A DNA stretch of 64,000 nucleotides from an uncultured Collinsella sp. (GCA_902494765.1 CABUUK010000003.1:1362-65361); one strand, 5' to 3'; positions 28,243-38,637 are shown, counted from the stretch's first letter. The notes: a model not told the origin generated them from the sequence alone. Translations and numbers: made by a program.

Positions 28243-29032
28243 CTTCGAAGTCACCTCCGTCAGAAACAGCTGCACCCTTCAGCTCGGTCTGCTGCTGGAA
28301 GTCCCAGAAAGCGATGCCGAAGCCGATGAGAGCGAGGATGAGCAGAGCAGGGGTTGCCAGCGAATCGTTGGCAACGGTGATGAGCGCGAGGCCGAAGCCC
28401 ATGAGGAAGAAGCCCCACATATCGCGGTTCATCATAACCTTGAGCAGGACGGCGAAGCCGACGAAGCGCATCATGCCGCCTGCAGCGGACAGACCGGTCT
28501 GCAGCCAAGTCGGGATGGCAGAAGCGATGGTCTGACCGATGGTAGCGCCAGCGATGAAGAACAGGGTGACGACGACAGCGAAGATCAGGCCGAGCAGAGC
28601 CATGGCGAAGTAGTTCAGGCGCTCGATGCCCTTGGTGTCCGCGTTGTGAGCCATGTTATCGGCCGTGGACATAAGCGGGGACATAAGCGTGAAGACCAGG
28701 GTAACGCCAAGCTGGCCAAGCAGAGCGAACGGAATGGCGAGGCCGACTGCCGCGTTGGGCTCGAGGCCCGTGGCGATAGCGAGAATGGCTGCCATGATGC
28801 CGCCGATGACGGCGTTAGGCGGCTGAGCGCCTCCGATCGGCATGTTGCCGATCGTCATGAGCTGATAGGTACCACCCACGAGAAGACCGGTGTTGAGGTC
28901 GCCAAGGATAAGACCGATGACGGCGCCGGTGACGATGGGCTGATAGAGAGACTCGAGGAAGTCAAACTGGTCGATTGCCGCGATGAACGTGACGACGAAG
29001 ACCAGAGCGATCTGGATGATCGAGTATTCCAT
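28232..29032 (-). CDS. Mannose-family PTS IIC
   Basis: QPIVTG, GGAQPPN, AGGMM; hydrophobic. Confidence 0.9.
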   Translation of the reverse strand: MEYSIIQIALVFVVTFIAAIDQFDFLESLYQPIVTGAVIGLILGDLNTGLLVGGTYQLMTIGNMPIGGAQPPNAVIGGIMAAILAIATGLEPNAAVGLAIPFALLGQLGVTLVFTLMSPLMSTADNMAHNADTKGIERLNYFAMALLGLIFAVVVTLFFIAGATIGQTIASAIPTWLQTGLSAAGGMMRFVGFAVLLKVMMNRDMWGFFLMGFGLALITVANDSLATPALLILALIGFGIAFWDFQQQTELKGAAVSDGGDFEDGI

Positions 29033-29122
29033 CTTGCTCCTCCTTTCAAAATGAATGTACGCACTTTGGATATCACGTACAGAACGTCAGGGTTTCACTC
29101 CTGACAACGTGGATCACGAGGA

Positions 29123-29605
29123 TTACGAGAAGAGCTTGCTCGTGTCCTCAACAGGCGTGCTCGGAACGCGCCTGATCTCCAACTCCACCCCCAATTCCTG
29201 CAGCTCTTTAAACGCAGCGACATCCTCGTCGTTAACTGCGACGGAGGTGGCGACTTGGCGCTTTCCTTCCGACATGTGCATGTTGCCGATGTTTACCTTC
29301 TTTATAGGCACACCGCCCTTGACGAGCGTAAGCACGTCTTCCGGTGTTTCGGCCACGATGAAGATCTTCTGGCGCGGGCTCGCCTTGCCAATGACGTCGA
29401 TGGTCTTCTGCAGGGAGAAGAAACGCGTAGCGACGCCGGCGGGAGCGGCCATCTTCATGAGGTTCTGGCGCATGGTGTTGGACGCCACGTCGTCGTTGGC
29501 GACGAGGATGAGGTTGGAGCCCAGAGTGGAGTTCCACTGGGTGGCAACCTGACCATGAACCAGTCGGTTATCGATGCGGGTAAGAAGAATGTTGGGTTCT
29601 GCCAT
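29123..29605 (-). CDS. Mannose-family PTS IIB (AgaV-like)
   Basis: RIDNRLVHGQV with the catalytic His; NIGNMH. Confidence 0.92.
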   Translation of the reverse strand: MAEPNILLTRIDNRLVHGQVATQWNSTLGSNLILVANDDVASNTMRQNLMKMAAPAGVATRFFSLQKTIDVIGKASPRQKIFIVAETPEDVLTLVKGGVPIKKVNIGNMHMSEGKRQVATSVAVNDEDVAAFKELQELGVELEIRRVPSTPVEDTSKLFS

Positions 29606-29641
29606 GTTGATCAGCTTCCTTTCGATATTTGCTGACGACAG

Positions 29642-29923
29642 TTACTTGATCTCCTGAATCGCGTAACGCGAAACATCTACGACGGCTCCGGATCGGACTT
29701 TGATCTGGACCTTCTCGCCTTCGATGCCTTTGACGGTTCCGTAGATACCGCCGGCGAAAAGAACCTCCTGACCCGGCTTGAGCTCGGTGTGCAGCTCCTT
29801 GAAGTACTTCTGCTTCTTCTTCATGTTGATTTGCGACCAGATGGTGTAAATCAAGCCCATGATGACAAGCAGGCCTAAAAGGGCGACCGAGGAGCTCAGG
29901 ACGTTGGCTCCGAAATCGGCCAT
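29642..29923 (-). CDS. YajC-like small membrane protein
   Basis: TM helix followed by LKPGQEVLFAGGIYGTV and VSRYAI. Confidence 0.8.
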   Translation of the reverse strand: MADFGANVLSSSVALLGLLVIMGLIYTIWSQINMKKKQKYFKELHTELKPGQEVLFAGGIYGTVKGIEGEKVQIKVRSGAVVDVSRYAIQEIK

Positions 29924-30366
29924 TAGATGCCGTCCTCGTCGCCGAAGATATCCTCTTCCTCGGAGCCGGCAACGGATGCGACCGTCTGAGCGGTGATGCC
30001 CGTCTGGCCAACGGTCACGGCCTGCTCGCCAAGCTCGGCGAGCGTGGCATTGCCGCGGAGGAACAGAAGCTCAATAACCATGGGAAGGTTGGTGCCAGTC
30101 AGAACCTCGACGTTGTCGACATCCTGGGCAATCATCATCGACTGGTTGAACGGGGTACCACCGAGCAAGTCGGTAAAGACGAGCACGCCATCGCACTCCT
30201 CGCGCATGGCGGTAATAGCGGCGCGGAGATCCTCACCGTAGGATGCGGCCTGGTCGCCCTCAAAAGGAACGACGGTAAAAGCAGGCTGGTCACCGGCAAC
30301 CATAGCGATAGCGCTTGCAAGGCCGGGTGCGAACTGTCCATGACCGGTAAGAATAAAGCCAACCAT
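29923..30366 (-). CDS. Mannose-family PTS IIA
   Basis: TGHGQFA, TDLLGGTPFN, GTNLPM. Confidence 0.92.
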   Translation of the reverse strand: MVGFILTGHGQFAPGLASAIAMVAGDQPAFTVVPFEGDQAASYGEDLRAAITAMREECDGVLVFTDLLGGTPFNQSMMIAQDVDNVEVLTGTNLPMVIELLFLRGNATLAELGEQAVTVGQTGITAQTVASVAGSEEEDIFGDEDGI

Positions 30367-30481
30367 TCAAATTTCCCTTCCGAAGGTGTGTACGATCTGA
30401 GTCCGATGATTTTCGGAAGCCAGCGGGCGCTCGCCCTTAAAGCTTCTTAGAAAGCGTTCTTTGAAGACCAGTGGTTTCTAA

Positions 30482-30496
30482 ACTGGTAGTAACCAC
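30482..30496. promoter_or_regulatory. GntR operator upstream of the PTS operon
   Basis: ACTGGTAGTAACCAC, core identical to 26190-26203. Confidence 0.65.
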
Positions 30497-31067
30497 GTGA
30501 CGTGTTGTTGTCACTATATCACCCCAGAAGAGGTCGCTTTCGTTGATTCATACGGTAAAACGTTTTTGCACCGCTCACGGTGATATTTCGACCGTTTACC
30601 GGTCGTTAACACTTCTACCTGCGGTTTTGAAACCGTTTCGAAATGCTTTGGCAAAAGATCAGAACTCTTTTCGTGTCAATACGAGGCAGGGCGGCTAAAA
30701 AAGCGTAAAGAAAAATTGCAGGTCATTGTGAAGATATGTGAATTGGTCTTTTTGACTTAATACCAGTTAGAACCAGTTTTGAGATTATCGGTGAACGGTA
30801 GTTTTCGACCGTTCACCGGTTATTTGCAATCGTTTGCAGTTGTTTTCCCAGATGAATTAGGGGAACCCGATGGAGCGCTTGCGCGATCACGGGAAGTTTT
30901 GGCATTTATCCTCATCCCCCGCGCGCCAAACTCCGGCATCCAAAACGAGCTAATAGCTCACGCTAATCGTTTTCAATCATTACTTGCTCAGTATCCGTAA
31001 TTATTTATCGTTTATCGTTAATTCTGATAAGATCCAAGTATCATCCAAAACGCCGATTGGAGGGGTT

Positions 31068-31705
31068 ATGGTCCATCGAAACGCGTCTATATCGAATGAC
31101 GCCATCAGCCGCGAACAGACGGTAGCCAAACTGAGGAAGCTCGCTCGCATCTGCAAATGGGCCACGATCTGCATTACCACCGCGCTCGCTCTGGGGCTCC
31201 TCGCAGTCATTGCGATTGACCTTCTACTCATATGCCTGGCCTCTCCCAAGGCTCGTGTCTCCAATCCGTAGAACTTCAAGCCGGCGAAGGGCCGTGCCTT
31301 GCTATCGTCGGCACCGATGCGCAGGCCCCACTTATGCTCGTCGCACACGATGGTCACACTGCCATAGGGAGCCTCTTGATGACATGTCTCGCGCTTACCA
31401 TCGCGCTAAGCGTGCGCAGGCTTTTCTTCAACATTGAAAAGGAAGGCAGGCCCTTTGACCTTGAATGTAACCAGACACTTCGTCGAGTAGGACATTTATT
31501 CCTTATCGGCGGCGTTGCCGTGAGGCTTCTTGGTGCCGTTATCACGGGAATGATACTCTCGGGATTTGGCGGCAACTTTACCGATGCGTTCGTCGGCCAG
31601 TTATTCGAGCCCTCCATGCTCTTTGCAGGCCTGATTATTTGCCTGATTGCCAGCATCTTCCGCTACGGGTATATCCTGCAAAAACAAGATGACGAGTTGC
31701 TCTAG
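31068..31705 (+). pseudogene. DUF2975-like membrane protein split by a frameshift near 31230-31270
   Basis: Frame 1 from ATG 31068 (RBS GGAGG) has a TM helix and stops at 31271; an overlapping frame carries PF...LRRVG and ends IFRYGYILQKQDDELL; followed by the usual YozG-like HTH partner. Confidence 0.65.
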
Positions 31706-31714
31706 GGGGAATCC

Positions 31715-31954
31715 ATGATTATTCTGCGGCTTGACCGCATGCTTGCCGAACGCAAGATCTCATCCAAAGAGCTTGCGGAACGCGTGGGCATCTCCCAGGT
31801 CAATATGTCGCGCATCAAGACGGGCAAGGTTTCTGCCGTGCGCTTTTCAACTCTTGATGCGATATGCCGGGCACTCGACTGCCAACCGGGCGATGTGCTG
31901 GAATATATGCCTGACGATGAAGCCGATAACCTTTTTGGACTTAAAGATTCATAG
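31715..31954 (+). CDS. XRE-family HTH regulator (YozG-like)
   Basis: LDRMLAERKIS..ELAERVGIS, AVRFSTLDAIC.ALDCQPGDVLEY. Confidence 0.9.
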   Translation: MIILRLDRMLAERKISSKELAERVGISQVNMSRIKTGKVSAVRFSTLDAICRALDCQPGDVLEYMPDDEADNLFGLKDS

Positions 31955-31984
31955 GCATAATTTAGCCACCAGCGCCTAAACGCA

Positions 31985-32023
31985 AATAGCCCGCTAGAAC
32001 AACATCCGTTCTAGCGGGCTATT
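31985..32023. terminator. Bidirectional terminator
   Basis: AATAGCCCGCTAGAAC...GTTCTAGCGGGCTATT between convergent genes. Confidence 0.75.
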
Positions 32024-32063
32024 CAGATATTTCGGCTACGCGCTCGGTGGCTCAGACAAATCT

Positions 32064-33158
32064 TTACGCAAACAGGCCGTAGATGCTGATGTTGGCCTTG
32101 GCGTAGAGGCCGTTCGCATACTCGGTCCACTTGGAGCTGGCGCTCGAAGCCTGCGAGGAATACTGCTGGTAGGCGGTGTAATAGGCGGTCATGGCTTGCT
32201 TATAGGTAGCGCTATCGGCCGTAAAGGCATCATCGGCAAAGGCCTTGGCATAGGTGCTGTCGGCATCCTTCCAGGTGCCCTTCTCGCTATCCCACTCGTC
32301 GCCGGCAAGGTTGATGATGTAATCGGCGTAATCCTTGCTCGCGGTCTCCTCGTTGCCGTCAGCAGGCTCGGTCGGGGCGGTCGGCATGTTTGCGGAGCTA
32401 TCGCCCACCTTCTTCTTGTAGAGCTTCTGCAGCGTCGCGGACTGGCGGACGATCTGCTTGGCCTGGTCCTTGGACACGCCATACTGCGTGGCCATGGTCT
32501 TGTAGTCGGAGGTGCCGATGGAATCCTCGGCGTACTTCTTCATTTCCTTGGAAGAAACGGTAATGCCCTCGTCCGCGGCAGCATCGAGCAGGATCTTGTT
32601 GCGCACGTAGGACAGGATAACGTCGGCAGACGGAGCGGTGTAGTTGCCATCGCTATCCTTGACGGTGTCGAGGCTGTACTGGCTCTCGATAGCCTCGCGC
32701 GCGGTGATGTCGCTCTTCTTGCCGTTGTAGCTGTAGCTTGCCACGGTCGAATCGAGTTGGTCCTCGGTGAGAGTCGCCGAGCCGACGCCCTTGCCGCCAA
32801 AACCACCGTTGCCGATAAAGAAACCGACCACAGCAGCGATCACGATAGCGACCACAAAGGCGGCAATCATCGTCTTCTTGTGCTTGGATGCATGGTCGTC
32901 TTCGTCGGAACCCAGGATATCGTTGTCCTCGTCTTGCTCCTCGGGCATCAGATTCTCGTCAGCGGCATCCGCGGCAATCTGAGCCTCCAGGCGGGCGTCC
33001 TCCTCCTCGGCAGTCGTGCCGGCAGCAATGTGCTCGGCAGACGTACCGGCGACCAGATCGATCTTCTCGTCCTCATCACCGTCGGGGCCTTCGCCGCGCT
33101 CGATGATCTGGATGCCGTCGATCTCGTCCTTCTCGTCCTTCTTTTGAATCAGACCCAT
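32064..33158 (-). CDS. Membrane-anchored protein, acidic N-terminus, SurA/PrsA N-terminal-like domain
   Basis: D/E-rich N-terminus, one TM helix, VRNKILLDAA.DEGITVS; no parvulin motif seen. Confidence 0.55.
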   Translation of the reverse strand: MGLIQKKDEKDEIDGIQIIERGEGPDGDEDEKIDLVAGTSAEHIAAGTTAEEEDARLEAQIAADAADENLMPEEQDEDNDILGSDEDDHASKHKKTMIAAFVVAIVIAAVVGFFIGNGGFGGKGVGSATLTEDQLDSTVASYSYNGKKSDITAREAIESQYSLDTVKDSDGNYTAPSADVILSYVRNKILLDAAADEGITVSSKEMKKYAEDSIGTSDYKTMATQYGVSKDQAKQIVRQSATLQKLYKKKVGDSSANMPTAPTEPADGNEETASKDYADYIINLAGDEWDSEKGTWKDADSTYAKAFADDAFTADSATYKQAMTAYYTAYQQYSSQASSASSKWTEYANGLYAKANISIYGLFA

Positions 33159-33284
33159 ATCAGTTACTCCTTGTTAGGAAACATAGTCCGCAATAGAATA
33201 CGCCCGACAGAGCGCCGGGCGTATTGATTCTCAGGTTATACGCAAACACTTAAGTACTATTTAGGCGTTTGCAGTCTGCATGCC

Positions 33285-34370
33285 TTAGGCCAGGTGCGCG
33301 ATAACGGCATCGGCAAAGGCCTGCGTGCCCACAGCGCCCTCAACGGAGCCGGTCTGGGCACGACGAACGTCGCCGGTAACCTGCTCACCCTCGTCGAGCG
33401 TGGCAGAAACGGCGGCGCGAATGCGATTGGCCGCGTCGTTCTCGCCCAGGTGATCGAGCATCATAGCCGCAGACAGAATCTCGGCCGTGGGGTTGGCGAT
33501 ATCCTGGCCAGCGATATCGGGCGCGGAGCCGTGCGTCGCCTCGAAGATGGCGCAGTCGGCACCGATGTTGGAGCCGGGGGCCATCCCTAGGCCGCCCACC
33601 AGGCCGGCGCACAGGTCGCTCACGATGTCGCCGTACAGGTTGGGCAGCACCAGGACATCGAAGTCGTTGGGGTTCTGGACCAGGCCCATGCAGGTGGCGT
33701 CGACAATCTTGTCGTTGAACTCGATATCGGGATAGTTGGCGGCCACCTCGCGCGCAACGCGCAGGAACAGGCCATCGGTCGCCTTCATGATGTTGGCCTT
33801 ATGCACGGCCGTCACCTTTTTGCGGCCGCAGCGGCGGGCATACTCAAAGGCATACTCCACAATGCGGCGGCTCTTGGCGATGGAGATGGGCTTAATTGAA
33901 ATGGCGGAATCTGCGGCGAAGGTCTTCTGACCCGAGCGCTCGACAAGCTGCGAGAGCTCCTCGACCTCGGCAGCGCCCTCATCGAACTCGATGCCGGCGT
34001 AGAGGTCCTCGGTGTTCTCGCGCACGATGACCAGGTCGACGTCGCGGAAGCGCGAGCCGTCGCCCGGCTGCGACAGGCAGGGGCGCACGCAGGCGTACAG
34101 GTCAAAGTGCTTGCGCAGGGCGACGTTAACGCTGCGGAAACCCGTGCCGACCGGCGTGGTGATGGGGCCCTTGATGGCAACCTTGGTCTCGGCGACCGCA
34201 TCGAGCACATGTTGGGGCAGCGGCGTGCCAAACTCGTCCATGACGCCGGCACCGGCCTCCTGGACGTTCCAATTGATCTGGACACCGGTGGCCTCGACCA
34301 CGCGGCGCATGGCCTGCGTAATCTCGGGACCGATACCGTCACCGGGAATCAGGACTACATCGTGCGCCAT
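33285..34370 (-). CDS. Isocitrate/isopropylmalate dehydrogenase family (NAD-IDH-like)
   Basis: [44 protein letters not shown]. Confidence 0.9.
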   Translation of the reverse strand: MAHDVVLIPGDGIGPEITQAMRRVVEATGVQINWNVQEAGAGVMDEFGTPLPQHVLDAVAETKVAIKGPITTPVGTGFRSVNVALRKHFDLYACVRPCLSQPGDGSRFRDVDLVIVRENTEDLYAGIEFDEGAAEVEELSQLVERSGQKTFAADSAISIKPISIAKSRRIVEYAFEYARRCGRKKVTAVHKANIMKATDGLFLRVAREVAANYPDIEFNDKIVDATCMGLVQNPNDFDVLVLPNLYGDIVSDLCAGLVGGLGMAPGSNIGADCAIFEATHGSAPDIAGQDIANPTAEILSAAMMLDHLGENDAANRIRAAVSATLDEGEQVTGDVRRAQTGSVEGAVGTQAFADAVIAHLA

Positions 34371-34376
34371 AATCTG

Positions 34377-35075
34377 TTACTCCTCGTCTTCGGCGGCCTC
34401 AGATTTTTTAACGCTAGCACGCTTCTTCTTTTTGGAGAGATCCAGGCCAAAACGTTTAACAAGCATTTCGCAAATCTCACTCGAACGGGCCTTGAGATAG
34501 CTGCCCTTGCCGTTCTCGGCGTCGAACTTAAGGCGCAGCGCGAGCTTCTCGGCGACCTCGGCGTCGATCTCGCCCTGGCCAAACTCATACAGGCAACCGA
34601 GCATGTCGCGATACTCGAGGTCGCCGTGGTAGCACTGGATGGCCTCGTCCAGGATCGGCCAAGCCTCGCGCGAACGCTCGACGCTCGTGGCGCCCCACAC
34701 GCACAGCAGGCGGAAGGCGGCATAGCGCAGCGTGGACGAAAGCTCGTCGAACAGCGCGGTCTCGGCGCCCTCAAAGGCATCGCCCAGCTGCTCGGGGCAG
34801 GTGGTGGCGAGCGCCGCAAGGGCATCGAGGGCCTCCCAGCGGGTCTGAGCCTCGGGGCGGTCAAGTGCCTCGATCAGCGCGGGCACGCAGGGCACGACGC
34901 GCTGCGGATCGCGCTCGGCAAGCAGGTGCAGCACGCGGGCGGCAAACTGACGGATGCGGCGCGTGGGGCAGCCGAGCTCCTTGACCAGACGGTCGACGGC
35001 GTTCTCGTTCTCCTCTGCCAGCTGAAGCTGTGCCAGCTCCTCATCGGTGAGCTGTTCTTCCTTGTTTTCTGCCAT
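34377..35075 (-). CDS. HEAT-repeat-like hypothetical protein
   Basis: Helical repeats (VPALIEAL...TRWEALDAL); operonic. Confidence 0.6.
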   Translation of the reverse strand: MAENKEEQLTDEELAQLQLAEENENAVDRLVKELGCPTRRIRQFAARVLHLLAERDPQRVVPCVPALIEALDRPEAQTRWEALDALAALATTCPEQLGDAFEGAETALFDELSSTLRYAAFRLLCVWGATSVERSREAWPILDEAIQCYHGDLEYRDMLGCLYEFGQGEIDAEVAEKLALRLKFDAENGKGSYLKARSSEICEMLVKRFGLDLSKKKKRASVKKSEAAEDEE

Positions 35076-35090
35076 AGTTACCTCTTCTTA

Positions 35091-35519
35091 CTATTTCTTA
35101 GCGTGCTTGCCAGCACCCTTGCTGTCATCGGTGACCGAGATGAGCTGTCGGTCGGCCGCGCCATTGCGACGCGCGCGGCGGCGCTCCTCGGCGTCGCCCG
35201 CATCGGCGGCGGCGCGGTGAGCCTTGTTGACGTTAAAGACCTCGTCGTGCTTGCGCCACGGGCCGACGGACTCGCCAAAGCTCATCTTAAGGCCGGCGAT
35301 AAAGCCGCCGAGCCAGCCGATCGGCGCAAACTGCACCAGCGGGAACAGCGAAAACACCCAGGTTAGCAGGACGACTGCCGCCGCACCTGCAAAATTGGCG
35401 ATCCAGTAGTCGCGCTTGGTGATGACGCGCTTTTCGCAAGCCCACTGGCCGCACAAAAAGCCGATGTAAATCGCAAAGAGAAAGAGCGCCAGCGCGAGCA
35501 CCACGAACGTCCAGCTCAT
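35091..35519 (-). CDS. Hypothetical membrane protein
   Basis: Three hydrophobic segments and a charged tail; operonic with neighbours. Confidence 0.6.
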   Translation of the reverse strand: MSWTFVVLALALFLFAIYIGFLCGQWACEKRVITKRDYWIANFAGAAAVVLLTWVFSLFPLVQFAPIGWLGGFIAGLKMSFGESVGPWRKHDEVFNVNKAHRAAADAGDAEERRRARRNGAADRQLISVTDDSKGAGKHAKK

Positions 35520-35524
35520 GGGCG

Positions 35525-36604
35525 CTACTCCTCGTGATGATGGCCGCAGCAGCACTCGTGGCCGTCGTCATGGCCGTGGCCGCCGCAGCACTCGTGGCCC
35601 TCGCCGTGGTGGTGGCCGCAACCGCACTCGTGGTCATCGCCGTGCTCGCCGCAACCGCAACCTTCCTCGTGAGCACCGTGCTCCTCGGGACGATACTGCG
35701 ACCAGTCCAGACCGGCGGCGATGGCGTCGGCCTCCTCCTTATAGAGTACCGTGATGGCCTGGGTGCCCAGCTTGGCACCACCGATGGCGTCGAGCATGTC
35801 GTAGAGCGTAAAGGCGACGTCGGCGCCGGGCAGCGCGAGCTCGCGGTCGTCGGCGTAAGCAAGCGCCAGGCGCAGGTCCTTAATGAAGTGCTCGACCATA
35901 AAGCCGGGCTTGTAGTCGCCGTCGAGCGCCTTGGGCGCCAGGCTCTCCATGGCGCCGGACTTGCCGGTACCGCCCAGGATCATCTGGCGGGTCTTCTCCA
36001 GGTCAAGGCCGCTCAGCTCGGCAAATGCCATGGCGTCCGCCATGCCGACCGTGCAGGCGCCCAGCGACACCTGGTTGGCGAGCTTGGCAGCCTGGCCCTT
36101 GCCGGCGCCGTCGAAGCAGCAGATGTTTGCCGCAAAGGTGGAAAGGATATCGCGGACCGGCGCGATGTCGTTCTCGGTAGCGCCCACGATAGCCGTGAGC
36201 GTGCCGGCGATAGCACCCGACTCGCCGCCGGTGACAGGGCAGTCAAACGCCATGCGACCAGAAACCTGGGCGGCCTCGGCAATGTCACGGGCGAGCTCGG
36301 GCGAGCTCGTGGTGAGGTCGATCAAGACCGCGCCCGGCTTAGTGCACGCGAGCAGGCCGTCGCCCGCCAGGTAGAGTTCCTCGACCTCGGAGGGATAACC
36401 CACCATGGTAAAGACGACATCGGCGTTCGCCGCGGCATCGGCCGGCGTATCGGCCCAGGCGGCACCGCGCTCGATAAGCGCTGCGGCCTTGGACTCGGTA
36501 CGGTTGTTGACCGTGACGGGATAGCCGGCATCCAGGATGTGGCCGGCGATGGGGGCACCCATGATTCCGGTGCCGATAAATGCGACAGAGAGCTTGTTTG
36601 CCAT
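35525..36604 (-). CDS. Beta-hydroxyacid dehydrogenase (3-hydroxyisobutyrate DH family) with His/Cys-rich tail
   Basis: FIGTGIMG, DCPVTGG, GQAAKLANQ, FIKDL. Confidence 0.87.
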   Translation of the reverse strand: MANKLSVAFIGTGIMGAPIAGHILDAGYPVTVNNRTESKAAALIERGAAWADTPADAAANADVVFTMVGYPSEVEELYLAGDGLLACTKPGAVLIDLTTSSPELARDIAEAAQVSGRMAFDCPVTGGESGAIAGTLTAIVGATENDIAPVRDILSTFAANICCFDGAGKGQAAKLANQVSLGACTVGMADAMAFAELSGLDLEKTRQMILGGTGKSGAMESLAPKALDGDYKPGFMVEHFIKDLRLALAYADDRELALPGADVAFTLYDMLDAIGGAKLGTQAITVLYKEEADAIAAGLDWSQYRPEEHGAHEEGCGCGEHGDDHECGCGHHHGEGHECCGGHGHDDGHECCCGHHHEE

Positions 36605-36702
36605 GAAACCTTTCCTTTTGGGTTGGGTGTTGTTACCAGGTTGAATACTCGGTGCCAACGTTTGGGCTGTGAGTCGAGGGCGATTACGGACGCAGCGCTT
36701 GC

Positions 36703-37656
36703 CTACTGACCGCGCACGCGGCGGGCGATACGGTCGGAAAGCGACGCCTTGTCGGCGCGGTTCTTACCCCAAAACGCGCAGCCCACCATGCCGGGGCCCA
36801 CGTGCGAGCCGATGGTGGGACCCACGGAGCCGCGAATGATCGTGACGTCGGCGCAACCCTCCTCCTTGCGGATGGCGGCTTCGAGCCAGTCACCATCCTT
36901 TTCGGCATCGGCCGTCATGATGGCGATGGGCATGGTGCGATCGGGCACGTAGTTCTCGCGGAACGACTTGAGGATGGACTTGAGCGCCTTCTTGCGGCCG
37001 CGGTTGACGCCGATCAGCGACAGCGAGCCGGCCAGGTCGTAGGAGAGCTCGGGCTTGACATCGAGCTTTGCCGTGAGCTGCGCCGCCGCGGGCGGAATGC
37101 GGCCGCCGGCAGCCAGTGCGTCGAAGCTCTCGAGCGTAAAGTAGCCGTGGACGTAGGTCTTTGCCTCGTTTGCCCAATCGACCAGCTGCTTGGCGGTCAG
37201 TCCCGCCGAACGCTGGCGCACGGCCTCGAGCGCCAAGAGCGCGCCGGTCGCACAGGGCAGAGCGTTGTCGACCACGTAAAGCTCAAAATCGGGATACTCG
37301 GCGCGCACGGCATCTGCCGCCTGGCACGCGGAGTTGTAGCTCGACGACAGCGCCGAGGTAAAGCACAGGTAGACCGTGGGCGTGCCCTCTTTGGCGCACT
37401 CGGTAAAGAACTCGATATAGCGACCGAGCGACACAGCCGAGGTGGACACGCGGGCACCGGCGCGCATCCGGTCGTAGAACTCCTTGGGTGTGATGCTCGA
37501 CCAGATGTCGTCCGTGCGCTCTTCGCCATCGATAATGAAGGGGAAACCCAGGATATCGACATCGAGGTTCGCGGCGACCTCGGGGCTAAAGTCGCAGCAG
37601 GTATCGACGACGATGCGGCAACGGTCCGAATGACCGGCGGATGCGGCCTTGTCCAT
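36703..37656 (-). CDS. DegV-family fatty-acid-binding protein
   Basis: VDTCCD, STSAVS, SALSSSY, GGRI, LDVKP, IGSHVGPG. Confidence 0.88.
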   Translation of the reverse strand: MDKAASAGHSDRCRIVVDTCCDFSPEVAANLDVDILGFPFIIDGEERTDDIWSSITPKEFYDRMRAGARVSTSAVSLGRYIEFFTECAKEGTPTVYLCFTSALSSSYNSACQAADAVRAEYPDFELYVVDNALPCATGALLALEAVRQRSAGLTAKQLVDWANEAKTYVHGYFTLESFDALAAGGRIPPAAAQLTAKLDVKPELSYDLAGSLSLIGVNRGRKKALKSILKSFRENYVPDRTMPIAIMTADAEKDGDWLEAAIRKEEGCADVTIIRGSVGPTIGSHVGPGMVGCAFWGKNRADKASLSDRIARRVRGQ

Positions 37657-37735
37657 CAAAGCGACTCCTTACGTAAAAAGGCGGCCACCCGCATGGGATG
37701 GCCGCCAACCGTTAACTCATGCAAGTTAACGTATT

Positions 37736-38320
37736 TTACTCGTCAAGTGTTTCGATGCGGGGCTTGATGATGCCATATCCACCATTCTTACGGTGATACA
37801 CCACATTGATGAGGCCAGTCGTCGCGTTCTCGAACACGTAGAAGTCGTGGCCGAGCAGATCTGTCTGCACCAGCGCCTGCTCCTCAGTCATCGGGGTGAC
37901 GTCGATAACCTTCTCGCGGACGAGCAGGTCGTCCTCTTCCTCGGGCAGCAGCAGGTCGGCCAGATCCTCAACGCGCTCGACCGGTGCGACATCCGCGGCG
38001 CTGGCACCGCCCTGGCGGTTGTCCACAACCTTGGTCTTGAACTTGCGCAGCTGGCGGGTGACCTTATCGGCGGAGAGGTCGATGGCGGCGTACATATCTG
38101 CACCGTGCTCGGCAACGCGAATCACCGAACCGCGGGCACGAACCGTAACCTCGACGATTGCCGGGTTGGGGTTCGAGGGGTTCTTCTCATAGCGAAGTAC
38201 AACGTCGACCGTCATGGGCTCGATATCGAAAACCTTGAGCGCCTCGCCGATCTTCTCATCCACATGCGCACGCAGAGCATCGGTTACCGTCGTCTTGCGT
38301 CCAGAAACCTTGATATCCAT
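37736..38320 (-). CDS. hpf: Ribosome hibernation promoting factor (long HPF/RaiA)
   Basis: DMYAAIDL..DKV.RQLRKFK; C-terminal LLGHDFYVF, VVYHRKNGGYG. Confidence 0.93.
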   Translation of the reverse strand: MDIKVSGRKTTVTDALRAHVDEKIGEALKVFDIEPMTVDVVLRYEKNPSNPNPAIVEVTVRARGSVIRVAEHGADMYAAIDLSADKVTRQLRKFKTKVVDNRQGGASAADVAPVERVEDLADLLLPEEEDDLLVREKVIDVTPMTEEQALVQTDLLGHDFYVFENATTGLINVVYHRKNGGYGIIKPRIETLDE

Positions 38321-38637
38321 ACGTGGCTCCAATCTGCCTCGGGGACTTACTGTACTGGCTATGTACCCATTGCCGTGTATTTAATCACGCGGATTCCTAA
38401 AGACCCGAATAACGATTGCTTTGTACCGCATACCGAAGTCTCGTACTTTTCCATGGCAAAGTGCGCTATGGGAGGGCTTCGGCGACTTTGTATTTGGTCC
38501 CGAAAATTGGCTTTGACCTGCTGGTTTTATAGGGATGAAAAAGCCGGGCTCCCCTATTGGGGAAGCCCGGCAGTGCGTGTTGAAACCGTGAAGAGGTGTC
38601 CTTTCCAACGTATAGGAGACACCACCCCTAGCAATAA

